Positions 1 to 12,752 of a DNA stretch of 64,000 bases are shown one piece after another. How positions within the stretch are numbered: position 1 is the first letter of the stretch; the number at the start of each line of letters is the position of its first letter. The notes beneath the pieces are model-generated. The model was given only the letters and a program-made list of their open reading frames with translations, was not told where the DNA came from and did not search any database. The stretch is from Bispira polyomma. Its lineage: Eukaryota. The DNA lies in contig OZ287748.1 of NCBI GenBank assembly GCA_965649765.1, forward strand, positions 83,824,001 through 83,888,000, read 5' to 3'. The position numbers and the translations under genes were made by a program.

Positions 1-201
1 CATAAAAGCTATTGTTTCATAGAGGAAAAGTGATCACAGTTTCTATTGTTTAATAATTTCATCAGCTTCTATTTTTTAGCTAAGACCCAATATTTTTAAC
101 AAAACTAAACCCAACCCCCCTCACCCCCCCCCCCCAAAAAAAAAAAAAAGAAAAAAAAAGGGGGGCCAAAACTACTGTAATATCATGGGGGAAACATTTA
201 C

Positions 202-860
202 CTGAGTATCACGTTCTTCCTTTTATTTAAATGCAGACATTATTTTACTGAGTCTGTTTTTATGATGGCTTTATTTACCTATTCAGCAGGACAGTGCCAT
301 GCCATCACAGTGGCATTCTCTGCTATAACAACAGTAGGGCGGGTTATCATCCCCAAACGTGTTGACAGAGGCCCCAGATTTGGCATACTTTTTGGGTGTC
401 AATAGGACCAGGGAGTCTATCGATATTAGGTTTTTTGTGGTGGCGGCGTTTTTTTGGATTCGCCTCAGTGGTTCATCGAAATCTGCAATGGTGGGATTAT
501 TTTTGGATTTGCCCATGACCCAAATTTTTCTTTGATGTTTTCGGAATCTCATTCAACGGGCCTTATTTGGCCATTTTCCGAGTCGTTAATTGTGGGAAAA
601 GCACGAACACATTCATATCTATTTATAGATATGTCCGTACTGGTAAAGAGATGGATTTATTTTATTACACCCTTAAATGACCCTTAAATCATAAAATATA
701 TTCTAGTTTCACATATTTTTTGATCATGATCCTCTTTGTCATTGCTTTGAAAATATAAGAGTTTTTTGACTGTTACGTTAAATTTGGGCGACTTGATCAC
801 TATTTTCAGGACTAATTTTAGCCATAAACTCTGTCCGCGTGTTAGAGGCGCATGCGCAGT
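202..860 (-). promoter_or_regulatory. CpG-containing promoter-like segment with perfect NRF1 palindrome (848-857) and candidate minus-strand first exon
   Basis: GCGCATGCGC at 848-857. Minus-strand donors CAG|GTAAAT (exon end 202) and TAG|GTAAAT (exon end 279). The 89-aa ORF 283-552 stops just before the 279 donor, so it looks like a uORF. Confidence 0.4.
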
Positions 861-1300
861 AATCTACTTTCTTGTGGGATTCTCCTGATTCTCTAAGCCA
901 ACCCATTCTCTTCTTGTCCTTTTTATGATAAAAAAAGTAATGCCACTAAAGATAAATTTTAATTATAATGAGTGTTAACCAACCTGTCCTGTATACATTA
1001 TTTACATGTTTTATTGTATTCAATCCCTTTGTGGCTCCTAATCTATGTACCGGTATACCACAAAATTCTCCACCCTGGAAATCCCTACCACAGGTCGAGG
1101 ATATTCTAGGAAATCCTCACCCCACTACAAAATCACCACCCCCACTGGGGGTTTTTTCAAGGGCATTTAATGTGAAGAATGTTTAGATGCATTCAAGCGA
1201 GTGTTTTACCCACTAGGCCGCAGTGGCAGATATACCAAAAATTTAAAGCTTTGACGACTAAACCTTCACAGCCCTCAGGCTATATCAGTTGTCCTAATCC

Positions 1301-1532
1301 ACACGTTAGAGTAAGGAATCTAAAATTAGCCAATCTATATCTGAAATTCGCTACCTAGAAAATGTTTTGTTTTTGGTAGAATTGTAGGTAATATTTGCTA
1401 AAAATTGAGATTTTTGTGACTATTTTGCCTTTCTCACCTAAATTCCAATCTTTTTGTGCCAGTTTTTCTTATTTTTAGGGGTGACAAATTTTAGATACAG
1501 TGGCAAATTTTAGATTCTGGACTCTACATGTT
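1301..1532. mobile_element. Degenerate foldback/MITE-like element
   Basis: TAGAGTAAGGAATCTAAAATTAGCCA (~1307) is an imperfect reverse complement of TGGCAAATTTTAGATTCTGGACTCTA (~1501-1526). Confidence 0.55.
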
Positions 1533-2074
1533 ACATTTTTTTAGCCCAATCCATCACTCCCAATCTTCCTTCAGATGTCACTGACACTAGCTTTTTGTAT
1601 TTCTTCTCGAACTGTTAAATAATGACTAGCCAATAAATGTCAAACGTCTTCTAATTTACCATTGTTCTAATATTTACGACCGACTCCCCCCCCCCCCCCT
1701 TCTCTCTTAAAAAACACACATACATACACACTTAAAGCCAATTCCAGTCATTTATCAAAGTTTAGCTATATAAGTATTTTTTTATCTGTTCTCCTTGTCT
1801 GTAGAAGTATCTATAATTCAGATTCTCAGGCTTATAAAGTGACTTGATCAATTGATCATCTCCCTCCTCTAAGGACTGGTGCTGTGGCTTTAACATTTCA
1901 TGGTGAATCTCTAATACACAAAGATGGGGACTGGTTTTTTTATTCTCTTGTCTTTGTTTTGCTCTTTTTGCCTATTTTATGTTACATTGTAGCACATTTT
2001 ATGTAACATTCACAGTGTGCATTTATAATACAGTGTATTATCGAAACTTTTATTAGCTGAAAACACTATTTTAT

Positions 2075-2300
2075 GAACTCATTTTTCACTCTCCCAAATG
2101 TATGTCTTTATTGTATTTTTACCTTACCGGTAAATGGCTCTTTTATTTAATAAACCTTTTATTATGTTAACATAACTTTACTCTCCCAATATGTTCAGAT
2201 AATGTATGTTCTATTATATCTATTAAATATAGATTTAATTTTTATTTGTTTTTGTTTGTTTGTATAGTCTAATATACTTTCACAAATATTTACTTTTGCT
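2075..2300 (+). repeat. Interspersed repeat; related copies at ~8035-8215 and ~9670-9800
   Basis: Shared core TTTACTC(T)CCCAAYAT..CAGATA.T...GTTCTATT.TAT and upstream TTTTCACT in all three places. Confidence 0.6.
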
Positions 2301-2546
2301 TTCAGTGTGTCCATGACCTTTTGATTCGAAACGATCAAATTCACTTTCCAACTCTTTTATCTAAATACGGTCTTTAGAAAACAGACATCAGAAATTTAAT
2401 ATCCATTTTGTCTTGATATATCTTGTTTTGGTAAAAGATTCATTCAAACTTATCATCTTTGTTTTGCTAAAGGAAACATTTAAACTTAACATCTTTTTTT
2501 GTTAAAGAAACCATTTAAACTGAACCAAATCTCTTTGTTTACTCAC

Positions 2547-2629
2547 CATGGTAACTGCTGAGAGGAAGGAAGGTCTGAAGTCAAAGCCACCACTGAGAGG
2601 ACATGGGGACCAGACGACAACTAATGGAT
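2547..2629 (-). CDS. Exon 5 of secreted Cys/Trp-patterned protein gene: (D)PLVVVWSPCPLSGGFDFRPSFLSAVTM
   Basis: Acceptor GTTACAG|AT, donor ATG|GTGAGT, 83 nt, phase 1 in / 0 out. No stop codon, so the gene continues; next exon not found in the window. Confidence 0.85.
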
Positions 2630-3125
2630 CTGTAACGGCAAGCAAATACACATACCCTAGAGCCTCTAGCATACAAACATTTTGTTTGAATAATAGAAGG
2701 TTCATAAAACAGAAGAGGCTTTTTTATTAAAAAAAGAAGAGTGATAGTATGTTCACAAAATTTGCATATTTGGATAATAGAAGTTAATTTACCATTACTG
2801 CACCTTCTAGGCCTCCAAGGGCTTTTCAGAATATGAGTTTCCATTATATGTGTGTTTTGTTCAAATAAAAGATGGTTCAAAAAATATAATAGGTATCTTA
2901 GTATAAAATCACAGTAAAACCTCCAAATAGGGAACACTCACTGGACCAAGCCAAACTTATAAATTTAGGAAAGTAAATGTGTGTTTTACCACAAAAAATA
3001 CCTCTAGCTAAACAGTGCTAAATTCAAACATGCACTCTTAGATATTTGATTCAAGCTTGAGTCTGAGCTTAAGTCTGACATACACATATTCTTGATAATA
3101 TAGCCAGTGGACTGTGGTAAGTATT

Positions 3126-3461
3126 TGTCTCATCGCGTGATGCATTGATTTTACTGACTGTACGCATTTCGAGGGGTTTACTATACCAAATCATTGTAAA
3201 TGTGTAACGGTATACTTAAAGATACACTTTGATTGTTATAAATATCGCACACTATTCCTCAGATAGAGGTGATTTGCGCGATATAATCTGTTTATTTTCA
3301 GAGATTCAGTGCTATAAAAGTGTGATAAGGATTATTAGCTTGAAGGTTGTGTTTTTAAGCTAAGCATACCATTACATATTTACAATGATTTGACATAGGA
3401 AACAACTATGTCACTCGTGATGCGTACCATCAGTAAAATCAATGCATCACATGATGGGACA
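3126..3461. mobile_element. Palindromic MITE
   Basis: TGTCTCATCGCGTGATGCATTGATTTTACTGA pairs with TCAGTAAAATCAATGCATCACATGATGGGACA; inner arms AAATCATTGTAAAT/ATTTACAATGATTT also pair. Confidence 0.8.
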
Positions 3462-3509
3462 GACACTGGGTATATGGTAAGTTGAGATGTACACATGTGT
3501 TTATATTAC

Positions 3510-3584
3510 CTATCCAGGGCCACTCCTCTCTGTGTAAGGCGGTGGAGAAACACAGGCGAGCTTCATTCTCCTCCTTAGGGGTAG
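3510..3584 (-). CDS. Exon 4: (A)TPKEENEARLCFSTALHREEWPWI
   Basis: Acceptor TTTTTATAG|CT, donor ATAG|GTAATA, 75 nt, phase 1/1, open frame, GC-richer than flanks. Confidence 0.85.
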   Translation of the reverse strand, partial: LPLRRRMKLACVSPPPYTERSGPG

Positions 3585-3730
3585 CTATAAAAACATGATT
3601 ACAGTAACAGAGAGCCTTGGGGGCAATACATATTATTATATACTATTAACTGAAACCTCATTATGTACTATGTACTAAAAGTCATTAAAGCCCTACATCA
3701 TGTTTTTGGACTTCTCTATTGGTTGACTAA

Positions 3731-4137
3731 GTGAGCGTTTCCATGCAGGCAACTTTCTGAGGTGATCAGGCGACGGCCAACGACGATTCTATCAGTTTCA
3801 TTGATTCATAACCAAGTGTTTCCATGTGAGCAACGCCGATAGGCGAAGGCAATGCCAGGCGATTTTTTACGGTACCAGTAAACATTGCCAATTTTTTTTA
3901 ATAACTCAAAAATTACTAAAGGTATAAATTTTATGAAAATATGGTGAGAAAGCTTATTTTATCGGGTATATTGTGCTTTTTGTTGCATCAAAATCGGTTG
4001 AGAAATGGCTAAGATATTCAGGTTTGAATACAGGTATCTATTTTTCTCAAATAATTGTATAGAAACATAAAAGTTTAAAATTGCCTGTTATACGTCGGCT
4101 GGTTGCCTCAGAAAGTTGCCTGCATGGAAACGCTCAC
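3731..4137. mobile_element. PIF/Harbinger-type MITE
   Basis: Perfect 32-bp TIR GTGAGCGTTTCCATGCAGGCAACTTTCTGAGG; TAA on both flanks (3-bp TWA TSD). Confidence 0.9.
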
Positions 4138-4485
4138 TAATTCTGTTGTTGCACTTTAGAAGATAACTCGCATCAATAATGCTCCTTAAAAATCCCAAAT
4201 ACAATACAATTAAAGTTTCTGTAGAAAAATCATCCAAGGTATTGACAACTGACTCTCTAACTAGTTTACTATAGGCCTTTGACACTGAATTATCATGACA
4301 ACACAGCTATATGCATAACTACATTTTATGAACTTAAAACTCTCCATAATAGACATAACAGAACAGCGGCCCTATTCACAAACATTAAAAAAAAACAATC
4401 TTTTCATAGGCTCAGCCAATTAAATTCTTCGAAACAATATTGTTAGCCAATAAAACTGGTTTGAGACCAAAATTTTTACTAACAA

Positions 4486-5139
4486 GGGCCGTATTCACAA
4501 CATGGATCAACAAAAAATCAGCTCAAGTTGATCCAAAAATCAGCTCAGGTGGAGCCAAAAATCAGTTCAAGTTGAGCCAAAAATTACCTGGGCCAAAAAT
4601 CAGTTTAAAATTTGAGATCAGTTCAAAATTGGTATTCACCAAAAAATGTAACTGATTTTTGGCTCATCTTTTGGCTATCACCCATTTAGGTGGATCAGGA
4701 TTTTGATCAAAGTGTGGAGCTTAAATGCAATCTTACAAACTAACAATGCTCTTTGATAAACTATTTGAATTTGTTTACATTGTTGTGAAATGTTTTGTGT
4801 ATTTTTCAGGGATCAAAAGTGGGCAGAGCTTAAGTTTTTGGATTAAAACAATATTAAAAATGTAAAAATATTTTTTTGCTTCTCAATAATCAACCTAATG
4901 CATAAAAATATAATATAAATGGAAATTTATTTATATTAACGCTGTTTAATATGTATAAAAAGCTTAAAAATCTGCTTTTATTGTTTAAAATTATATAAAA
5001 AAGGCCTAGCTGATCCTTGCTTTGTGAATATTGATTTGATCCAAAAATCAGCTGAGCCATTTTTTGAGCTGATCATGATCCTGAGCTGATTTTGAGCTGA
5101 TTCTGAGCTCAGCTTGATTCATCTTTGTTAATACGGGCC
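4486..5139. mobile_element. MITE with GGGCCGTATTCAC termini and AAATCAGCTCA subterminal repeats
   Basis: Left GGGCCGTATTCACAA, right TTGTTAATACGGGCC; AAAAATCAGCTCA repeats on the left, TGAGCTGAT repeats on the right. Confidence 0.8.
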
Positions 5140-5526
5140 TAGCCCAGTTTTCTAGTACAACTTCGTAGACTTACAACAGTATATTTTAGCTAAGTATCAA
5201 TCGACCTACAATATTCAAGAAAGATTCTTACAGACAGCAAAGCAACTAACATAGGACCTTTCATGAAAATAACAATTTTGTACTTTTACATTTACAAACT
5301 GATGCATGGTTTTATTAATGTAGGATGCTTGCACAGTGGTTGAAAATAGTCTTCGAATACAGTAGGTATATTTAAAAATGGCTTTCTTATTTTCCACTAA
5401 TGAGCATACCTCTCCAAATTTATAAAATCATGCATAAATTTTAATGGTGAGAATTAGAATACAAATTAGCACTGTTAACTTTCAATGTTGTATGTAGCCA
5501 GTCACAAGTTCTCACATTTAATCCTG

Positions 5527-6214
5527 GGCCGTATTCACTAAAGTTCTTATACTTAGAATCATTCTTATACTTAGAAAAAAAATCATTCTTATACTTAGAA
5601 TAAGAATCATTCTTATACTTAGAAAATTTTCTATTCTAAGAATTTTGCTATACTTATTCATAGAACAAGAATTTTTGTAACTAAGAATTGTAAAAAGCAA
5701 TACATAAGAATGCAGGGGCACTATTCACTATTCACAATCATTCTTAGAAAAATTCTTACACTTAGAATTTTTGCTTATTCTTAAAAAAATTTTAAGAATA
5801 AGCTTTGAATTTAAGGATGGTCAAGACCTTACTTAAGTTAAGAAAAAGACATGCCATTCTTTTGTGCAACTCTTAGCTAAGAAAAATCTTATTCTAAGAA
5901 TAAGAATGCAAAATTCTTAGAATAGAAAATTTTCTAAGCATAAGAATGATTCTTATTCTAAGTATAAGAATGATTCTTATTTTAAGCATAAGAGTGATTC
6001 TTATTCTAAGTATAAGAATTATTCTAAGTATAACAACTTTAGTGCATACACCCCTATGTCTTTTTCTTAACTTAAGTAAGGTCTTGACCATTCTTAGAAT
6101 TAAAGCTCATTCTTAGAAAATTTTCTAAGAATAAGCAAAAATTCTAAGTATAAGAAGTTTAGTGAATACCAAAAATTCTTATTCTAAGTATAAGAACTTT
6201 AGTGAATACAGGCC
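5527..6214. mobile_element. Harbinger-like MITE containing an inverted copy of its own family (5715-6054)
   Basis: Outer TIR GGCCGTATTCACTAAAGTTCTTATACTTAGAAT with CTG on both flanks; inner GGGGCACTATTCAC...GTGCATACACCCC; arms ordered X, [Y, X'], Y'. Confidence 0.8.
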
Positions 6215-6412
6215 CTGCTGTATTCTAAGATTTCAAATGTGTTTTTATTCACATTTTTTTAACAATTGCAAATTATTCTTTTTAAACGTGAATAGACTTG
6301 GTTACAAATATTGGTCAGAATAACAACTTGTTCAACAGAAATTTCAAGCTAGTTCTAAATTCTAACATGATGTCCTTATACATAATTTATGTAAATTTGA
6401 GTACACACTTAC

Positions 6413-6477
6413 CTGAGTACACTTGTACCACCCCTGGAGCTCTTTGTTCAAACTTCACACAGCTAAACTGGAACTTC
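6413..6477 (-). CDS. Exon 3: (G)KFQFSCVKFEQRAPGVVQVYS
   Basis: Acceptor TACTTTAG|G, donor CAG|GTAAGT, 65 nt, phase 2 in / 1 out, matching exons 2 and 4. Confidence 0.85.
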
Positions 6478-7213
6478 CTAAAGTATGACAACTTCAAATT
6501 ATCAGTGGCAATAAAATTAGTCACAATTCCTAAGTAAGGCATATCTTCATAGAAAAAAGTGGAATATGTTTATTATGCAATGTCTAGTCATAGCTTAGAC
6601 TTCCTTATGGCAGTTATATTGGTTGATGTCAGCCAACATTGGCTGACAACATTATTTTCAGATGTCGGCAGAAGCTTCAAATTTTTTCGGTCAGGGAGCA
6701 AAAAAAATTGGCATGATCCGACAGATTTTTGCCTCTTGAATACGCAGAGTTTATGCAACAAAGCAATGATTTGATTTACTACTACAGAAATTCAAGATAA
6801 AACTATATACGGAAGAGCAGGCTAAATGAAGATTTTAGTCAAATATCCCAAGCAGTCTATTCATTAAGCAAAGCAGAGCTATAATTATAGAATCATGGCA
6901 AGAAGATGGATGACTTTGCCATTTTGTCCATATACATGTTCTCTTCTATCATAATGGTGATAAATGGCTATTATGTTGTTACAGTTTCATTACATTAATC
7001 TGCTGTAAGGCTGACAGGTTTAGTTTTTGCTCTATCAATTTACAGGCATTTATAAGTGATATATATCCATAATGTAAACTGACAAAAAATATTCATCACT
7101 ATTTGCCTTATACATCTCAATGTTTCAAAGGAGACAAAAATGTCTGTTTGATATATTTGTATTTTTGTTTTAGCTTTGGTAAGGCCAGGCTCATGTCAAA
7201 GATTTACTTATCA

Positions 7214-7303
7214 TGCCACTGTTAGTAAAGTTAAGTGCCACTGTTAGTTAAGTTAAGTGCCACTGTTAGTAAAGTTAAGTACCGCTGTTAGTTAAGTTAA
7301 GTG
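7214..7303 (+). repeat. 22-bp minisatellite x4 (TGCCACTGTTAGTWAAGTTAAG)
   Basis: Four direct units; the W position alternates A,T,A,T (44-bp higher-order dimer). Confidence 0.9.
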
Positions 7304-7359
7304 AAAACAACCACAATATAGACATCTTTTTCTTTGACTGTCATATTATTAAGACATCA

Positions 7360-7715
7360 TATAATAATAATAATAATATATCAAACTTTTTCTAGTGCTT
7401 ATTTTCGTTGGAACAAATTCTAAGGCTCAAAAACCACAGTCAGGGCCAAAAATCAATGATGATAGACAGAAGGAAGTCGTCATCAATACGTCCACCGAGA
7501 ACAAGAAAGAGACTATGGAGGGAATGCATCATTGAACAGATAGGTCTTTAAACTGCACCGGAAGGAATACAGGGACGGAGCTGTCCTAATGTGTTGAGGT
7601 AAACTATTCCATAGGGTAGGAGCATCATTTGCGAAACTTTCATCAAAGTGAACCTTTGACCTGTGCGCTTTGGATTTATATTTTGGAACAAAAAGGAATC
7701 TATTTTTGGGAGCAG
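7360..7715 (-). mobile_element. 3' fragment of L2/CR1-group LINE
   Basis: Minus translation SKVHFDESFANDAPTLWNSLPQHIRTAPSLYSFRCSLKTYLFNDAFPP*, then a 3' UTR and (ATT)n tail; homologous to 48807-49193. Confidence 0.85.
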
Positions 7716-8281
7716 CTCGCCTGGTATTAACATTTTTATAAACATATACAAATTTCTGAGCACACTACAGCAGTAATATTTAAAAAGATTGCTTAACTTT
7801 TTCTTTATAAATAACGACTGCATGTAATCTACATATCACAATATTCATGACCTTTTTCAAGGTTGTGTACTATACTGAAGTAGAATTTCAACGTTATGAA
7901 ATAAAAACATCCAACTTCTTAAAAATTTCAATATTTTAAACTATGGATTTTGAAAGCTTAACTTTCAGTTTTATAGATGCATATGCACACAGGCTATACT
8001 TCAGAATGCCTGTAGTTGGTTATTCAAAAAGATTTTTCACTCTCCTAAATTTATATTTTCCTATTGTTTTTTTAAGTAGAAATGCCTCTTCCATTTTATA
8101 AGCCTTCTATTACCTGAACAAAAGTTTACTCTCCCAACATCATCAGATATTAGAGGTTCTATTGTATCATTTTTATAGATAAAAAACTACTGCTAATATA
8201 TTCACAAATATTCTTAGACTACCATTTCAACCTTTAGTTTATGTCACTTCAAGATATTTCGTTGATCATAATTGATACTGA

Positions 8282-9492
8282 TAGCCCAGTCACACCTACA
8301 CGTGATGACGTCCCCCAACGTAGCACAGCAATATAAACTGAAAACGTAGTAGTTACGTGTCAAAGTGACGTCATATTCAAGAAGGGGCAGTCAATTGTGA
8401 TATTTTGTGACGTTTCGTGACGATGTTGGTACTTATACACACGAAACGGGGGTAAAAATCTAACACTTTACTGGTAGGATATCACTACCTTCTACTACGT
8501 AGATCTACTATACTGCTACTTACTGGTGCCTTCTGTTGTTTTCTGCTACTAAGTGAAACGTTTTTGATTAAAGGAGATGAGTGGAGACGATCTCATTACT
8601 TACTGGGACTTCCTCGCTACCTACTACTATGTAGAGCTACTTACTGATGCTACTTTCGGAAATGTTCTGGGACAAACACAGAAACGTAGAGAAACGGGAG
8701 CTATCAGGCGATTGTTTCAAACAGTTTGAAATAATCGTGGTAGCAGACCAAACAGAGACGTTTCTTTAACAATATCATCCCTTATGTCCTGGTCACACCT
8801 ACACGTTCTAGAGCTACGTTTGTGTCACGTTGTGTAAACTTAGGAAACGTTTTGAAACGTAGTAGGAAGTGAGGATCCCTTCTGTGATCGTTTCTTCACG
8901 TTTTGAGACGTTTTACGACGGATGACATCATTCCCGAACCGTCTCCGTTTCATCTTTTTTCTGTAGCGTTTCAAACTGTTTGAAACGCTACAGAAACAGC
9001 TCCCGTTTCTTCCCGTTTCTCTGTTAGTCCCCGAACGTTTCCGAAAGTAGCATAGACATATCAGTAAGTAGCTGTACATAGTAGTAGGTCGTGAGGAAGT
9101 AGCAGAACGAAGCAGAACGCACCAGTAAGTAGAAGTCCGTAGCTGTACATAGTACTAGGTAGTGATATCCTACCAGTAAAGGGGCCGTTTTTGCCCCCTC
9201 TTTGTGTGTATAAGTACCAACATCGTCACAAAACGTCACAAAACGTTACAATCGACTACCCCTTTATAGAAATTATATCACTTTGATACAATACTACCAC
9301 GTTTTCAGTGTATATTGCTTAGGTACGTTGTAGCACGTGTAGGTGTGACCAGGCCATTAGGCAACGTTCGGAAACGAACGCACCAGGGATCCTCACTTTT
9401 GCATTACCTTTTACTATGTCTGTACTAGGTTGCTAAACAACTGAAAACATCACACACACATAGCTCCTACACGTGTAGGTGTGACTGGCCTA
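8282..9492. mobile_element. Harbinger-type MITE with an inverted same-family MITE (8785-9356) nested inside
   Basis: Outer TIR TAGSCCAGTCACACCTACACGTG (flanks TGA/TTA); inner TIR TGKCCTGGTCACACCTACACGT with exact TTA TSD (8782-8784, 9357-9359). Confidence 0.88.
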
Positions 9493-10508
9493 TTAGAAAC
9501 ATTGCGGAAACTTACCATAAACAAAATTAATTGCCTCTGAAGTTTAATCTCCAAACTAATATAAAAATCAAATGAAATATGACTCTATATTTTATTTAAA
9601 TCAATAATTGCACTACAACAGACCTTTTGTTATGCAAAATTCTATTATAAGAATATTTTGATTTTATAAACTTATTTTCACTTTCTTAAACTTTTGTTTT
9701 GCTATTGAATTGCACTAAATTTCCTCTTATATTTTGTAAACTAAATTTTTACTCCCAACATTTTTGGATAATAGGCTATATTGTATTTTTAACCATTTTA
9801 TATCCACAGAAAACTATCACCGGGAACTAAAGGAAATTCTTCAACAATACGTAACTGATACACACACCACAGAATAGTTGTGGCATTTAATAAATAGTTT
9901 TTTTAATGGGGGATTCTGATTTCATCTGCATCTGGCTTCGGCTCTGTGTGTTTTGACCTTAAGAATTGCCCTTGGCTGCTAGCCAACTTAGACCAAGAAG
10001 CTTGTGGTTAAAAGGGTTAAACATTGGCCAAACATTCCTCCAACAGACTGGGTAACGATCAGTATTGTGTGTTACATTGATGTCAGAGTTTATTGCTCAG
10101 TTATCTTTTAGTTTTTAGATAAGATGTCACACTAGGGAGGAATGTGATCTATCACCCCACTAAGAGCAGCATTGGAGCCAGGAGATCATGCATTGATAAT
10201 GAATGATAAAGACACTTTAGGGTGTCATACTCATGCATGATCATCATGTGTTAGCATTTCATAGTGAGAGAAAAGATTAAAAAATAGGTGGTAGCAAATG
10301 CAATTTTGATGTCAGATCCTTACCAAGAGGTGATGGCTGTATGAGATTTTTATGACATGCAAACCAATGAAAATATTAGTATATTCTTTGGCAGATTCAT
10401 CCACAGAATATATAGTTTGTCATTAATGTGTTCAAACATGAATTTGTAATTCACATTAAGAAAATATATTTAATTTATTATTGAAACATCTTTGTACTTG
10501 TATATAAA

Positions 10509-10743
10509 GGCAGCTGTGGCCTAGTAAGTGATCAGCATCTAAATTAAAATCACTGGCCTCTCGCTTCTCTGAGGATAGTAGATTCTATTCCCACTGCTTC
10601 TCCTTCATGTGGAAAAGTCTGGGAATATTTGTTGTACGTCAGTGGTTACCAAAACAAATAGCACTGGTTTCCTCCACCAATAAATCTGGCCATCAACAAT
10701 ATGACCAAAGATATCAAGGCTTTAGTAACGTAAACACAAAAAA
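10509..10743 (+). mobile_element. tRNA-derived SINE, diverged (Meta-domain-like body)
   Basis: A-box TGGCCTAGT, AATCACTGGCCTCTC, body TGGTTTCCTCCACCAATAAA; related to 33803-34053. Confidence 0.65.
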
Positions 10744-11668
10744 CTATCACCGCTAAACCACGTTATGTGTGCTTGAGCTTCTCAGAAACTGCACAACCTT
10801 TACTTTGTGGCATTAAACTCAATTTATGGATATCATATTTACATTTTCATTATTAGAAATAATAAAGAATGAAATATATTTTAATAATATACTAATTGAT
10901 ATATATTATATATCATTTTAATAGGTATCTTGAGACATACAATGAATATAGCAGTGTATAAAATTGTAACTAAAATGGGTAATATTTTCAAAGTACATGC
11001 TTCACAAACATGACACAATTCATATAACAAGAAGGGATCAATACTGAAGTATTGCACATGAATAGAAAAAGAAAAACATTAGCATTATTTTGAATGAATT
11101 CGTTTTTCAAAATAAGCACAAAAACGGGGCTAATTTTAGAAAAACATTTAGGTTACACACTTCCAAACAGAAAGATGTTTTGTATTCTTTGTTTTTATAA
11201 AATAGGGAAACATATTGAAAAATGTAAATCACTAGAAATAATATAGATGTTTTATAAAGTTGTGTAGCATATATCTTGTACTGATATATGCTGGATCAAT
11301 ACTCGTATTATGTCACAATAGAAAGGGCTCTCTCTGAGATTTGTTTACAAATATGACGTTCTACATAGATTTTCAAATTGTGCGACGTCACAACACAAGG
11401 ATGGTTATATGGGTGTTTTTTATAATTTTGTAGCATATTATTAACCTTTTAAATTGTCTGGACACATAAAAATGGTTAAAACCCTTACTAAAGTGTACTT
11501 TTAAAGTCCTCATAGTACTCATATACAGAGTAGGAATGGCTCTCGTAAAAATAGCATGTTTTATTCACGGCCCGTTTATGTGTTTACGTTATTAAAACCT
11601 TAAACAGGACATAAAATACAAATAATTTAAATTCCTTCAATTATCTAAACTCTACTGTACAAGATCTA

Positions 11669-11985
11669 GGGCTGTATTCACAAAGATTCTTATTCTTAGA
11701 ATTAAAATCATTTCTAGAATTTTTGTATAATTTTTCTCTAATCAAGAAATTTCTGAGAAAAGTTCCAAGAATAACAATTTATTTGGTTCCTATTCTTAAA
11801 TCTAAGAATAGTACAAATATTGGCAATTTTGTAGGTAGTAACGCTTAAAAAAATATCCAAGATTAAGAAAGCAACAAATGTGAAAATTTTCATTCTTAAA
11901 ATTTTTCTCAGAAAATTCTTAGAAAATTTCAAGATTTTAAGAATAAGATTAATTCTTAAGAATAAGAATCTCTGTGAATCTCTCC
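11669..11985. mobile_element. MITE, GGGCTGTATTCAC terminus
   Basis: ATTCACAAAGATTCTTATTCTTA pairs with TAAGAATAAGAATCTCTGTGAAT. Confidence 0.75.
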
Positions 11986-12752
11986 ATGTTAATAAAAGCA
12001 AACACTATCACTACTTATAACAAAGTTCAACAAGTGATACAAAACAAAAGCCAGTTTAACAATTTGTCCTCTAAGCCTCATGTGATTTCAAACTGTGACA
12101 AGATAAATCATAAAATTGACATCAAAAATTGACTAACGATCTTAGTCCCACAGTAAAAAAACATTTACAATTTATCCCAATCATCTGGCTTTTTGTTTCT
12201 CAATATCCTAGATTTAAATTGTTAAAAGATAAGTATGGCATAAATACAATCATAAGTCACTATAGACATTCCATCATCATTCACCTCTTAGGTTAGCTGA
12301 CTTTGTCCAACTGAAATAAAATGTATTAATAAAAGTAGGTTGTACAAAACATCTTTACGATCAATTTATTTTGATTAAAAGTGAAATTTCCTTGTTGCAA
12401 GAGATAATAGTGGTACAATTTGTGTGTAATCTCCTAAAGAAGACCACCATTGTGATTACAGTTCTGGGAACTGGTGGCAAATGATTCAGTATACTGGGGA
12501 TGTAGAAAAAACAAGCCAATAAAATGGATACAACTGGGAATATGATAAAGTCAGATAACACTGTGTTTGGGCTGTTTGGTACATGTGGTTATAGCTAGCC
12601 ATCATTCTGATACATGTAAAGATAATGGTTCCTGAGACATCACTAAAACAAAGAGATTTAAGAAAAATCTGTGATTTATCTTTTGTTTGTGCCTTCTTTC
12701 AAATAGCTGGGGAAGATTCTTGTGATAATTGGAGAAAATTCATATAGTTTTC

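Noticed and set aside
283-300. TCC TGC TGA as antizyme frameshift or selenocysteine codon
   Set aside because: Not the antizyme TCC TGA site, no SECIS identified, no selenoprotein similarity
5518-6091. Repetitive ILSIRM/LRIRII ORFs
   Set aside because: Translation of MITE subterminal repeats
7141-7165. TGTTTGATATATTTG resembling part of miR-190
   Set aside because: Seed region does not match and no hairpin partner is evident
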